A stretch of DNA of 64,000 nucleotides from Lytechinus pictus (GCF_037042905.1 NC_087250.1:27840001-27904000), one strand, 5' to 3'. Shown: positions 26,736-42,015, counted from the first letter of the stretch. Notes: generated by a model from the sequence alone, not told the origin. Made by a program: numbers and translations.

Positions 26736-29700
26736 GTATTAAATGAAATATTCAGTTATGAATCATATTTCAGCTGGCGCTGAGCATTCAGATTATCAGG
26801 GAATCGAGGATGCATGAATTTGTGAGCGGGAATGACTGATTAAATCCGGTGACCTGGCGACAGTTTCATGAAACTTGTCAGCATTGACAAGTTGTCTTTT
26901 TCGACAATTACCATAGCAACATTTAGAACATGAGCCTCTGAGCCAATCAAAACCAAGGATCTCACTGAAATTGTCAGTGCTTACAAATTAATCCGTGCTG
27001 AAAACTTTCATGAAACATCCACTGGGGTAATGATATATCTGCAAAGCGCTTTGACACGTCGTTCAGATGTATTAAGAGCTATATAAAAGCGGACTATTAT
27101 TATCATCATTATAGTTTTTTAGTGTACATAATCCCTCTCATGAATGTTAACAGAAAATAAGAGAAAAACTCATTTTGTAATAGAATCCTTGCTCAGTCAA
27201 CATACATATCACAATGGATATGATGAAGATAGACAGAAATGAATATGTTTCCCCCATAATTCTCTTTACACCAATTGAATATTCTCATTCTGTAGAAACA
27301 GGTGACGTCCATCTCAAAATGACTCAGCACACTCCATATTTAATATATTCATAAAAGTATTACATCATATCGCTTATTTCAATCAGTTCATTAACTTTCG
27401 TCTTTACACCTTCTACTTTATCCTCATATATCGGCTTTATATTTTCAACAAAGATTAATTTAGATTTCTTGTACCACATGTTTAATCTATTATATCATAT
27501 TACACTTACTACCTGGCTATGGAATCTCAAGTAGCAAGCCTTTGGATTGTTGAAAAAAATTTTAGTTGTTTTTTTGTTAACGACTGTAATGATGTGTTGA
27601 CGCCCGCTACGTTCAGTAACGTTTATCGACATCGTTAATTGATGTCAAATTAATTTCATCATAAAGATCCCATGGACATATAAACATCTGGTAGTCGAAC
27701 GTGCCATGCTGTAAATAAATAAAAATAGGGATATGCATGTATTTGTTGTGTAACAGACAGAGTTAGATAATATGACAAATAACTGTACATATCATAGCTT
27801 ATGTTCGTGGTTTTATATTAAGGAGGCTGTATTATATTAAATTCATTTATATTCTTTATTTTATTTTCATTTAATACTGCGTTAAGTTTGTTAACAGTTT
27901 GTACTGTATATGGCATATGTTGCTCCAATGCGTTGTATATAAATCGGTATTGTCTAAGGTGTGTTGTGTTAATGTAGAAATGTGTCATTTATACAAAAGA
28001 TTCCTACCAAATTTATACAATAATCAACTTTGTACACTTGAGTTTAGGTATATAGGGTTTATGTTTTATCTAAAGTATCAATGCAATAGCTTGTTATTGT
28101 CTATATCATTGCTTATTTAAAAAATCGCTCCCAAAGAGAGAGCGGGACAGAGTTCTATAAATGAATTTCTCCTGAAAATTAGCCAGATCTTACGACTTTT
28201 ATTGATTTTGATTGGCTGAGAAGCGTTGTTACTATGTTAACTATCCGTCGAAACACCTGAAAATCCCAGCTTTGATTGATTTGCTCAGTATTATTGCTCT
28301 TATACACCTGATTATAATTCGCTTTATAAAACTAGGAAAACTAATGCACATAATACGCATCTATATCATGATATAATGTGATGATATGTTATTTTCAAGT
28401 TTATATTGAAAGATGAGTAGGAAGTTCGTCAGTAGTTTTTAATAATATATATTCATTATACTTTGTTGTGAATTACTGGCACTGTTGAATAGTTTAAAAG
28501 GTTAATGTTTTGGGATGTGTAGACTTTAATCAAGACGAAATTATTTTTACCTACTTCCGAGATGAAAATAGTAATGTAGAAATAGAAAGAAAATATATTT
28601 ACTATGGGTTACGGTATTTAGTGCAGTATATAGTATACAAATTACTGATCAAAACACCAATTACCAACCGATCTGAATATATATATATATCTTCACTATG
28701 GGTTATGATAATTTAGTACATTTCAAGAAAGGTTTACCAACCCACAACCAGTTATATGCACATTAATGATAAAAACCCAACTATCAAAAGATCATAATAA
28801 ATGGTTAATATTTTAAATTGATCGAAATCTGTAAATAGTGTATGTATTTTGAAGTCATCATCATGGTGATGAGGCGGGTGATTTTAATGCACAAACAATC
28901 ATGTAGTGTTACAATCAAATAATTTTGTCAGCATAAACGAAATTAAATGTTAAAAAAAAAAAACCCGACTCTATATGCAGTTCATATTTGTGATTTACAA
29001 ATGATTTTATTGGACGTGTATGACTGATGGTACCAGACGAAGGGGGGGGGGGGATGAGAAGATAAAGGGAAAAGAGAGGGGGTGGCAAAGTGGAGGGGAG
29101 TGAGAGATTGACGAGGAAAGTAAAGATAGAGAAAAAATATATATATATGAAAATAAAAGGATAAAGAGACGGAAAGGAAAGGGATAGAAAAGATGAGAGA
29201 GAGAGAGGGGGGGGGGGGAGAAAGATAGAAGAAGGGGAGAGAAAAGAATGGAGAGACAGTGAGAATAAAGACTGAGAAAGAGCGAGAGAGAGAGAAGTGG
29301 AGGAGTGAGAAGGAGAAATGAAGAGACAAGGTGAATACAGATGGAATAAGAGAGAGAGAAAGAGAGAAGAAGAAGATGAACTACCGAGAGACAAGGAATG
29401 ATAGAGAGAGATGGGGGAAGGGGACGGGGTGAATTTGTAATTAAGTTTGTATTTGTATTTTCTTTTCCTAGGAAACTAAGAAACATTACATTACAAAGTG
29501 AAATACATCACAAACCATGTCAATCATAAAAATTCATAATAAAACTGAAGAAAGGATGAATTTGAACTCCGTATAGAAGATAGATCTGGCTTCGTCGAAA
29601 TTAAGTAAAAGGAAACATAACTGAGGGGCTTGCCAAGAACGAATGAATTTAAGAGATAGAAAAAAAGGTAGGAAGAGAATAAAAGAGAATGAGAGAGAGA

Positions 29701-30507
29701 GAGAGATAGGAAGAGAACAATCCCAATGCTTCTTACTTTTTGTATAACCAGGAAATAAAGTACGATTACATAATATTCAATTATATTAGTGACCATTATG
29801 CTACTTCAATGTATTCAAAGAACTACACCACTGTCATGACTGTCATATTGAATTTATGTTATGTTAATTTATGTTACATGTACATATATAAATCAAACTG
29901 AAATGATAATCAAAAGAGGTCATGATGCACGGTTTATAGGCAAATAAATTATAGAAATGAGGAGAGGGGTTGGAGGGGAAAGTTCCATCCCTCAGTTTTT
30001 CTCAAATTTTGATATGCAAGAATGTTTAACTGCATGTATGTTTTGTGCTCTAGACAAAAACATCAGATTATCATTAGCGAAACTTCATAAATTATCTTCT
30101 TTATTGTTATTTGATAATTTTTTTTAGGAATTCACCCCGAATGAAAAATGAAATTTTAACACAATCCGCCGGTATATTATGTTAATAATATTCCATTGCG
30201 TGTCAACAAACACTATTTTATTACGTTGATAATATTTACTGCGTGTCAACAGAGACGGTACCATTATGTCGATAATAATGTCCCGACATCTACTGGAACG
30301 GTAACGAAAAAAAGCGAAACAATAATACAAGAGAAAAAATTGATTTGATGGGTGTTTTATAAAGCTGTTCGTAATAAACGTACGAATGACTTTACGCAAG
30401 GCTGGTACATGAATTGAATTGAATTGAATTTATTTGAACTTCACTGGCAATTGTCAATATTTTGTTCGAAACAAGAAGTACAAAATGATACAAAACAAAT
30501 ATACATT

Positions 30508-31915
30508 CAGTGGCGTAACTACGGGGGGCATGGGGGGGCACGTGCCCCCCCAATCGGCTGGCAAAAAAAAAAAAAAAAAAAAAAAACGGGGAAAAAGAGG
30601 GAGAAAGGGAGAGATTGAAGCGTAATCGGAAAAGAGAAATCATTGTTCATTTTAATGTTATATTATATTATATTATATTATAATAATGTTATGTATTACA
30701 TAAAAAACATTTGTTCAGAACTTTATGAAACATAATTTGTTTAGAGCCTATGTTTTCATTGTTCCTGGTGCTCGCATTGTCTGTTTAACGAGATATATAA
30801 TCCTGTTGTACTAAAACCTCCGTTTTCAAGTCAATATACACCAAATGTATTTCCTCGCACTTCGAATTATTATTGTTTTATGTATATTGACGTATGCTTC
30901 TTTATCATGACTGTTTAAAGTGATTGCCCCATTTTAAGGTCTTAATATAAAACATTTCCTGACCGTGCTTACGTTCGCATTAGTGAATTGGTGAGATATG
31001 TCTGCTCTTCATGAATTCCTAAAATCAGTCCTTAAAATGTCCCTTTTCTGATCTGAATATCAAAAATTTTCAGCTCGTACTTCGCGCTCGAATCATTTGG
31101 TTAGTGAAATACGTATGGTCTTCATGGATTCCTACAAACAAGCCTTAGAATGTCCCTCTTCGGGTCTGAATTTCCTAAATTTTCAGCTCGCGCTTTGCGC
31201 TCGCAATATTTGATTAGTGAGATGCGTATGATAATCATTATTACAATGACTACAAACAGTGATTCATGTGTTTAGATATAATTCTGACAAAATCAGCATG
31301 CGCTTGGCATTCGCATTAGATGGCTATGGTGAGATATGTATACTCTTAATGGATTCCTTAAAAAATTTCCCTATTTTGGGTCAATATATACAAAAATTTT
31401 AGCTCGCGCTTCGCGCTCGCATCATTTGGTTGGTGAAATACGCATGTTAATCATGATTACAATGACTACAAGTGCTTCATGTGTTTAGATGTAATTCTAA
31501 CAAAATCAGCTATCGCTTAGCACTCGCATAAGATGACTATGGTGAGATATGTGTACTCTTTATGGATTCCTAAAATATAGTCCTTAAAATATCCCTGTTT
31601 GGGGTCAATATATACAAAAATTTAAGCTCGCGCTTCGCGCTTGCATTGTTTGTTTAGCGAGAAAGGTACGTATTATGATTACAAAAAAATGCTTATAATG
31701 TTCCTTTTTAGGTCTGAATATCGAAAAATTTCAGCTCGCGCTTCGCGCTCGCATTATTTGATCAGTAAGATACATATTCGTTTAATGGCACTGTCCTTAA
31801 AATGTCTCTATTCGGTCAGTATACCTGGCAACTGAGTGCGCTTCGCGCGCTCACTAAGTGACTCAATTTTTTTTGCTTGTGCCCCCCCAATGCCATGACT
31901 CACGGTACGCCACTG
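30508..31915 (+). mobile_element. hAT-like non-autonomous transposon with internal GCTCGCGCTTCGCGCTCGC repeats
   Basis: TIR cagtggcgta / tacgccactg; perfect 8-bp TSD TATACATT. Confidence 0.85.
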
Positions 31916-33686
31916 TATACATTGCAATGAATATAAGCAAATAAACAAAAAACAAAATAGTATTTCGTAAAAAAAGAAAAAGGAGAATCAACTTATATAT
32001 AAAAATATACACAACAAACATAAGAATCATTCGGATAGATAATTTGACAATGGATATAGAGACTGATATCCAAGAAAATATAGAAACATAAAGAAAGTGA
32101 GAGTGGAGAGGAAAATAAAGAGGAAAGAAGTTCGAAAATGGAGAAAGCGGGAAAGAGAGGAAGACTGAGAAGAATGGCATTACATGTAAACTCATTGTAT
32201 AAAAACTGTTCTCAGGTGATGAAGTCAGCTACATAGGTATCCGTTAACCAAAGAAAGGTTCAACAGTCATGTTACGTCATTCGTCATAACTCACGGGCAG
32301 CTTTATGAAAAACACAGCCGAGAGATTTTCACATCGACTGCTAAAAAAATATTGGCCAAACATTTGATTTCCATTATTGAAATCAACTCCATTTAAAGTA
32401 TGTACGTTTACATGTACGGTTTGAAGGTATGACGAAATGATTGTTTACGCGAAAAGAAGGAGATAATATTCTAAACTCTGTTAACGAGAGCCGCTGTAGA
32501 AAATCATACCACGGCAATTATAGACGTTAGTAGAAATAAACAAGTGATGACATTGATTATGCGCTTTGAGTTTTAAACATTAATTTTATTAATTTTATCA
32601 TCATATATTTATGTATATGATATACGTTGAGAAAATATTAATTTTCAAATGTTTCTTAATCGTATGATTAACGTTAAATAGATCAGAGAGTGTTTGTATG
32701 TGACAGATAATGGTATTTTATTCATTACAAAACTACACGACTAAGACCAGACTTTCTTTAAATCTTTTTAGCCGAGTCCGTTAGGTATTATTAATCATTT
32801 TCAAGCAAACCATTACTCTTGTATTGGTGTTATTAAAGAGATTTGAATTTTTCGCTTGCATGATCGTGGTAATCATTTTGGAAGAAAAGACACTTCACTT
32901 TAAACAGCATTTGTATAATAAGTGATAGGAATATAGGATTCTTGACCAAACTTGTAAAGTGTTTTAGTTACTTAAAGTTGAATTAAGAAGGGGGTGAGTT
33001 TCCATAAATATAGGTTCTACATACAATATATAGTATATATAAGTTGTTCAAACACATAGCATGTCACAATAATCCTCTGCCTTCTCGATATTTTGCTTTG
33101 AAAGTCTATGAAATTAGCCACCTGTCAGAGCCCGAGAGACGAGTGTACAGAAAAGTCACTCGGAGTGTGACGTCACCGGGGGAATTTAGTATAAGAGGTG
33201 CCTGAATGTCATACAGAAATGCTATGCAGAGAGAGAAAGATATTTTACAATTTTTTTTCAAAGCAACTCAAATCAAACAAATAGGACTGATATGTACAAA
33301 TCTTTACTTTCCCTGTATAAAAAACAGTATGAATAACCACCATGAACTCTTCAATCATGATGTAAGATAGCAAACAGTGAGTTATTGAATGATATTTTCA
33401 CTATTTCTCATTTATTTTATCACGATGTTCAATCAAGTGAGTAGCTGGAAAGTAATTCCGGCGGATAGCTCAGCGCGCGCTGAACGCATAATACTAGTAC
33501 ACACAACACCCAGGCATTGAGTGTACTGTTATGGTCTGGTATGTCGACTTAGTTCATGGCCGTGCAGCGATCCCCTGCCAATCTAGCTCATTCCACAGAA
33601 CAATCTTGAACCAAACGTATAGTATTCTTTCTCGGCCTTCTGAGTTGTTTTCTATATTTAATTACGCTAGGGGTCACCGTCACACA

Positions 33687-36281
33687 CATGGGTGTCGATC
33701 GGTATTCTTGGTTGGGGGGGATGATTGACACAAATATTCTTGTGGATGGGGATCTTTCAATATAACCCCCACTAAAATCACAAAATTCAATTTGTGTTAC
33801 AAGTAAGCCCAGTGGCGTACCGTGGGTCATGGCATAGGGGGGCACCAGCAAAAATTTTGAGTCAATTAGTTTATTAGGTCAGTATACCTGGCAACTGAGC
33901 GCGCTTCGCGCGCTCAGTTGCCAGGTATACTGACCTAATAGACACACTTTAAGGACAGTGCCATATATTAAACAGATATGTATCTCACTGATGAAATAAT
34001 GTGAGCACGAAGCGCGAGCTTAAAATTTGTGATATTCGGACGTAAAAAGGGACATTAATCAACTTTTTGTAATCATGATACTTACCTGTCTCGCTTAACA
34101 ATGCGAGCGCGAAGCGCGAGCTGAAATTTTTGTATATATTGACCCCAAAAAGGGAGATTTTAAGGACTATATTTAAGGAATCCACTACATATCTCACCAC
34201 AGTCATCTATTGCGAGTGCTAAGCGCTTGCTGATTTTGTTAGAATTACACATGAAGCACTTGAAGTCATTGTAATCATGATTATTAACATACGCATCTCA
34301 ATAATCAAATATTGCGAGCGCGAAGCGCGAGCTGAAAATTTAGAAATTCAGACCTGAAAAGGGGCATTCTAAATCTTGTTTGTAGGAATTCACTAAGACC
34401 ATACGTATTTCATTAACCAAATGATGCGAGCGCGAAGCGCGATCTGAAAAGTTTTGATATTGAGATCAGAAAAAGGGACATTTTAAGGACTGATTCTAGG
34501 AATTCATGGAGAGCAGACATATCTCACTAATGCGAACATAAGCACGGACAAGAAATGTTTTATATTAAGACCTTAAACTGTGGCAATCACTTTAAGTAGT
34601 CATTAAAAGAAGCATACTATTGCACATAAAATAGTAATTCGAAGTGCGAGGAAGTATATTGAAAACAGGAGGTTTTAGTCCCACAGGATTATATATCTCG
34701 TTAAAGTTAAACAGACAATGTGAGCACCAGGAACAATGAAGACATGGGCCCTAATCAAATTATGATTCATAAAGTTATGAAAAATGCGTCTTATGTAGTA
34801 TAACAGAATTATAGTATAATCTAACATCATAATGAACAATAATTTCTTCTTTCCCATTACATTCCTTTCCTCTCTCCCTCTTTTTCTCCTTTTCCTCATT
34901 TTTGGATGGGCATGTGCCCCTCATGCCCCCCCCCCCGTAGTTACCCCACTGAGTGAGCCTATTCTAAACTCATACGAAAGAAAAAATGACAAAAATTGTC
35001 TGGACCATGTACAAAGTGATCTGTTTATTGAGCATGATGTAAACAACATCTCTCTTAAATCTAACCCGACTGGCAATATCTTTTTTCTTCTTAATGCGTG
35101 ATGATAAAATGCAGATTCGGACAAATTAAGACTAGCACAAATTACAAACTGTGTGGCTTCTCGTGCGCCATCGGGCTTACCGTCAGACGATTTTTACCCT
35201 GGATTTTAACACGTTTTAAATATTTTATAAGTGCATGAAACAAAACAAACATAAAAACAATCAAAACTCAACTGTCATGTTATGATATTTCTCCAACATC
35301 TTCTTGAATCATCAGTGTGTAATATCAGCTAATATATGTGTTAAAATGAAATTAACATACCGCATGAGTGTGCTCATATAGAATGCAAAACTGTCATCCC
35401 TTTCCAAACTCAAAAAAGATTTTTTTTTTGCCAAAATAAGAAAAAATCAACCAAGTTTAGTTATTCAAGTCCATAACAATTACAAGAATAACATGGGGAA
35501 AAAAACCCTCCGATGTTCATATCCGAAGATACGCTTTAGAGAGAAATGAATGATTATTCTTTCTGAAACCATTAATTGATTTCACTTATTAAAAAAATGT
35601 AAAAATATGATCATATTATATTGAGCTCACTGAACCTCAATATTTTCATGAGAGGTATCTGATGGGGTCACATGATTAAATGTTTAATATTCAAAAGGGT
35701 TGTAGATTAAATGGGACAAACATCATGCACTTGCATGTGGGGAGGGGTAAATCTGAGAAAAGTTGTTTTTGTTGTACTTTTTCAAGATCTACCCCTCTAG
35801 GATTTACGTCCATGGAGGTTTCCCTGTTTATCTTGCCACCCTTTTATTTTTCCACCCTTTTTAATCAATTGATTTCTTAAAATTAATTTATTCACCACTG
35901 GTGGGATGGAACACCCTATCAACAAAAGTTTTTTTTCGGCGGGGTCCTTTTATGTCATGTATTTAAAAAATATCATATACCGGTACATAAACTTTCATTC
36001 ATAATTTCATTCTTTTTCATCTTGAACCTCCACCCATCTGTTTAAAAGCCCTGGAAAAGAATGTTTTTTTATTTAATAACAATATACACAAATTGCGGGG
36101 GAAACAAACTGATTGATGGCATACTATAATCATCACTATATAATCATCATTATCAAACTTTTCATTTTTTCATCATCATTATTACAATTATTGGGGGGGG
36201 GGGTGATAATACAGGCCATCCCCCCCACTTGAAATATTGGGGGGGATATATCCCCCCATCCCCCCGTGATCGACACCCATG
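33687..36281. mobile_element. hAT-like element nested in 32976-36967
   Basis: TIR catgggtgtcgatc / gatcgacacccatg; 8-bp TSD GTCACACA. Confidence 0.85.
33810..34951 (-). mobile_element. Inverted copy of the 30508-31915 hAT-like family, nested in 33687-36281
   Basis: cagtggcgta...ccactg ends; TSD agtaagcc/agtgagcc. Confidence 0.85.
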
Positions 36282-39200
36282 GTCACACATACAAACGCAA
36301 TTCGGAAGTGAGTTGAAGACAGAAAGATATATAGTAATTAGTATACATCTCTATGGTTGAAGACAACAAGAACGGTACGGTAGCTCGACAGCTAGCTGCG
36401 CCGGAGCGGGCGGCCGGTCGGCACGTAAAGCAATTCCGCAACCAACTGTGTTTTTTTGCAAGAGCCGCGTCACACGCGGATAAATATGTCATAATAACAC
36501 GTCTGCTACGGTATCGACTGGTGAGAAGATCTCGATCAAATTTCATATTATTCACCTTGAAATTATTCCTTTAGGGTCTATGGTATCATTCTGAGGGAAT
36601 TCACATATTTGGAATAATAGTACGGCCACAAATATTTTAATCATTTCCTCTTTGCAAGTTCTATGGCTCGCATATACAACTTCAACTGCAGTTATTCCAT
36701 ATGAAGGAGTACGTGCATAGTACACAAAACGGCACTGCCTTGATTACTACACCGGGACCGAATACCCCCCGGTGACGTCACACTCAAAGAACACCCGTCT
36801 CGGTAGGCATTGCAGGAGCGAACTCAGGGAAAATGGGTAGGGATAAATCGTTCAAATTCACTATTTTGAAAAAAAGGAAATGGGGGTCGAATCACCTGTT
36901 TGGGGGGTTGTAAGGTTGCTATTAATGTAAATATCTCAATATTTGGAATCGTCTTCTTAATTCAACTTTAAGAAAACTTATTTTATTTGACAGTTTTTAT
37001 TTATATTTCTTGTGTACTGTAAAAGGCAACTTTAAAAAAATATAGCCGCTATGTTCTATTGGGATTCGAACCTTTGACACAATAAACACCATCACGGAGC
37101 GACTAATAAAGATTTCAACAATTTTGTACTCATTACTAGGAATCAAGAACTATTACTTTACATATATTTGAAAGCCTACAGTAATTGTCTACAGCCTCTG
37201 CTATTACATGTAAGTCAGGTTCCCAACGTTTGTTACACTCTAGTGTACCCTATAACATCAGCTAATTCAAACAACTACACCACTGTCATATTGAATTTAT
37301 GTTCAATACTTCACCAAAATAATATATCAAAATATGATAACACAACACAAGAAATACATTTAATTATTAAATTATAAAGAATAAAGAAGATTATGACAAT
37401 GACAATTAATGAAAGTGAAATGTGAAGGAACCTGCATAAAAAGCAGAGCTTTATAATGTCTGCTTGTTCCTAATATGTTATGGATGCTATTATTATGATG
37501 GTCAAGTTTATCTCACAAAAGATAATGTATGTACCGACATACACCTTTCTTCTTCTTTAGAACCCCCCCCCCCCATCCCCGTGATGGCTACCATAATGTG
37601 ACTGTCACTGCAGCAGTATGCAGTGAAGGTTTATAATTTTATATTTACATGTTTTCGATTAATTCAGTTTTTCATTCTTTAAATAATATTAATTCAGTGG
37701 TTATCTATAATGATATCTTCTAACTTGCTTTCAGTCTACTGATTTTGATCATGTTTAGATATTGAATTTAGTCTTATTGGTATATATCTAGTAGGCATAT
37801 ATAATATTTTCTTGTACATAAAGCTTGTCATTTAGTATTCAATATGCTTGCATGTAGTAGATATATACTTGTACATATTTCAGTGTTATAAGATCGAGAC
37901 ACCCTGATTAAAGAGAACCATGTTCTCTGTGAAGGTTCTATTCATTCCCAGAGGAGCAATTGTCTGGACCTTCAGACCTTTAGTACACAAACTTGGCCAC
38001 AGTAATTGTAGAACAATGACCCCCCATTCAGTTTGTGCAGCCCCCTTTTCTATAGTTTCAACTTGTACTGGTAGAGCTTGGCTTGGGTTTTAGCTTTTTG
38101 AGAAAGCCAAGTCATTACATTTCGGAAAGCCAGCGAGTTAACATCATATTTTAGACACCTCAAGTATTAAGTTCGATCTTTCGATACCTTCGATTCAGTT
38201 TCAACAGTTCAAAGCCTCCAATTGGTAAGAATAGTTTTATACTTCACTATTATAAATATCTCAATATTAATTTCTTTAAAGCAGTAGCAATATAGTAAAT
38301 TTATATGCATTTTTAGAACTCAGTTTAGGATATTTCTTATTGCAAAGTTGTAGCTTTATTTCGGGATCATCTTTATGATTAATAACTACATTACCTATAT
38401 TTATCTTCACTTTAAATGTTTTGATTTGCAAATTGTTAACAGTGAGTTTATTAATGTCTTCATTAATTTCTGTGTTGTTTTAACTAGTTTATGAGACATA
38501 TTTGTTAGTAATACATTCTTGAATATTTTGTAGCATAAATTATATTATATTGAAATTCCATTTAGTTACATTAATTAGTCTGTACCTATGTAATTGATGA
38601 ACTTATTATCAATTTCTCCTTTTAATGCTAGTTTGTCATATAAGCCAGTTGTTTTATATAGTTTGTTTACTTTATTCATATTTGTTTCACTTGTAGCTGT
38701 TAGAATAGTAATTTAGCATACCTTTTCTTGTATATAGTCATAGCATAAAGTCGCATTATTTGTTTCTTTCGTAATATCATTTGTGAATTTGAATACTAAA
38801 TGTTCGTTCTATTTGTTCTCTTTTTCTCGCAGTATTCTATCTACTTACTACTTACTACATCTACTTAACTTGATGTTACACGAGAGTTTTGCAATTAAAA
38901 TCGAATCGTCATCGTTAATTCTCTCTGTTCGGAATAAGTTTCTTTTGGAGTGCATTGTTCTTCGAACCCCCTTCGAACTCGACCGAAACTCCTTACTTAG
39001 CATCTCGTGTTAAGTGAGGCAGCCACAGTGACAGTGATCTGAAGTCGGTTATCATAATCGGGAACCCCCTCCCCCCCCGTCATGTTTATCCATTATACGT
39101 CAAAGGATATCTCTCAAGCCTACATTACACACTCATTGAAGCACTTGATGAACATGTGGTTTCTGACATTAATTAGATCAGTTAAAATCAGAAGTCCCAG

Positions 39201-40642
39201 CAGTATAACATGAAGCTGGAATGAAACAATTGGTTCCATAGTTTCAATAAGCTAAAGACGCACCCCCTCACTGAAATCACATTATATTTGGATTAAAGAA
39301 TAGAAATACACGTAGTATGATTTTTGTTTCCTTGCATAGAACAAGCATGCAACTAATTAGCTCATGAAATAGATTAGATGCCACTTTGTTAATTTATTAT
39401 TAAAAATATGTCATATTCATGTTCTTTTCAAGCGAAACAAGTTTATTTTGTAAGGGAATTTCCGGCATTCCCTTTCCCTTCAATTAACTTCAGGAGATCG
39501 AGGAATGCCCCCCCCCCCCCCATTGCCCAATTGACAAGAATACAGCACTGTGTTTTAGAAACATGCATGTCAGGTCAAAATATTTATGTGAAAAGAAGAT
39601 CAAATGAAATATTTTTAAACTGATAATGTCGTCTTCCATTGCTTATTTTTCACAAAACATTGATATGCACAACTGAGTGACATGCAAATGAGACAGTCGA
39701 TAATGTCCCTCACTCACTAAGGCTTTGTTTTTTTATTGTTTGAATTATACAATATTTCATTTTTTTTCAGATTTGACAATAAGGACCAACTTGACTGAAC
39801 TATATAGTATTAAACAATGCTAATTCCACATGTTTAGGGAGAAATTAATTGTTTGTTCACTTGACAATGAAAGGAAAATGAGAATATTTCATATTTCATA
39901 TAATAAAATACAAAAGAAGTAGTAAGTTGATGACATCATCAGTTTCCTCATTTGCATACCGACCAGTATGTACGTATAACTGTTTTGTGAAATTAAGCAA
40001 AATTTTGAAATGCCATAACTTTCTTATTTTACATCCGATTTTCATGAAATCTTTAGTGTTATGCTTGTTGGATTTTTCTCATTTTATTCAAATCAGCTTT
40101 TTGTTGGGTTGGACTTGTCCTTTTAGTTATTAGATGAAACATATTCCTCTACTATCTGAAGACATGTTTGCATGATAAATATATTACACATTAAATCAGT
40201 AGTCAATTCATGTTTTCCGTTCTTGGTGGACGAAATTTGACGAAATATAATTTTCCATAAAATAAAATAAAAAAGAATAAGTGCGGATTAGACTGCAGAC
40301 ACAGACCCTAATTTGAACTTCGATCAACCAGTGTGCCTCCACGCAAATGTGTATGATATGATTTTATTTACTGAATATATAGCTCAAAAGTAGATTCTCA
40401 TGAAAAGGTGATTTTTTTCTAGCTCGCTCGCTTCGCTCGCTCGGGACTTATATAAAGCAGCTTTTAGAACATGTGCTATACTGCGCCCTTCGTTTTTTTT
40501 ACTCTTCACGCTACTGCCGCAAATAATCCTGTTCACAGTGGCGTACAGACCACAAAAAAGGAATCTGAAGAGAGAAAAGTGAAATATATTGTTCTCTGGA
40601 TATCATGTCAAAATCTATCACAAAATTTGATTTTTGTATTAA

Positions 40643-41488
40643 CTCTTTGCCCGCTACGTACACTATCCACTCTGCGCCACATTAATTTTGGGGTGCCACA
40701 TGGGGTTTGCGTGCACTGTCTTATTCAACTCGCAATAACTTTTTACTGGTTTGTCGTATTGAAAAAAAATGTGTAAAAAAGTTTTAGAGAAATGAATACT
40801 CTTGCCAATGGTATCATTTTTGCTATGTATAAAATCATAGATTTTGAGAATTTCAACTTTACAATCTGTTTCCAATTTTTCGTTTAGGAGGGTATTTTAT
40901 ACCTCTTATATTCAATACTTCCTAATGAAGGTTAAATTTCTAAGTTAGTCCATTGAAAAGATGTGTTCTTTAGCTTTCATTACATACCAAATCCATGTCT
41001 TTATGGTCATTATGAGCTAAGCAGTTTAGGATTGAAATGGGGCATTCAAAAAGAGTAAACTGACAATGAACTAAACTCTTATATTGAAATTGTCCCTGAC
41101 TACTTCTCAATAGACTTCCCGTCCTGGGAGACTTCCCGTCTATTGATACTTTGATCCCGTTATTGTTATAGGGAGGTGGCAATTTGTATCATTCTTTTAA
41201 TACAAGGAAAGCAGTGCAAGCTATTGAAAGCTCATCGAAATATATCCTAAAGCAGTTAAAAAAACTCAATTTTACTCGAAAAATCTCTATGTAAACAACG
41301 TCGGCGAAAGCTACATGTATAACACGAAAGCTAGATTCGTAAACAATGCAATACACGCGTCGCTATTGTATGTGTGTGCACACAATTACAATTAAATGCG
41401 TTCCGTATGCATTGTGTGCGAACTGTGACTTGAGTCGTCGTTGGCAGTTCGCTGTATGTGCCGCGAGTTGTCCGTGGCGGGCAAAGAG
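40643..41488. mobile_element. TTAA-specific (piggyBac-like) non-autonomous element
   Basis: ttaa-ctctttgcccgc / gcgggcaaagag-ttaa; a lone left end recurs at ~42443. Confidence 0.7.
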
Positions 41489-42015
41489 TTAAAAAGGTCA
41501 AAATTTTTGCTCGCTCGCAACTTCTTTTTAAAGATAAATTGTGCCCGATACACAATATCTGGCCTTCTCAAAATAGTCGCCTCATTACACCATTACGCCC
41601 GTTCATACCATGATATGACCGGGAATTTTTTTGCTCTTGCCCCCCCCCCCCCCCTGGCCACCGACCTCTGTTACGCCGATGATCTCTCAAGCCTACATTA
41701 CACACTCATTGAAGCACTTGATGAACATGTGGTTTCTGACATTAATTAGATCAGTTAAAATCAGAAGTCCCAGCAGTATAACATGAAGCTGGAATGAAAC
41801 GATTGGTTCCATAGTTTCAATAAGCTAAAGACGCACCCCTTCACTGAAATCACATTATATTTTGATTAAAGAATAGAAATACACGTAGTATGATTTTTGT
41901 TTCCTTGCATAGAACAAGCATGCAACTAATTAGCTCATGAAATAGATTAGATGCCACTTTGTTAATTTATTATTCAAAATATGTCATATTCATGTTCTTT
42001 TCAAGCGAAACAAGT

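Larger units (their letters stand above)
32976..36967. mobile_element. Kolobok-like non-autonomous transposon (TTAA TSD) containing two nested elements
   Basis: ttaa-agttgaattaagaag / cttcttaattcaact-ttaa; subterminal inverted gtgtgacgtcaccggggg; empty paralogous site at ~10780. Confidence 0.8.
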
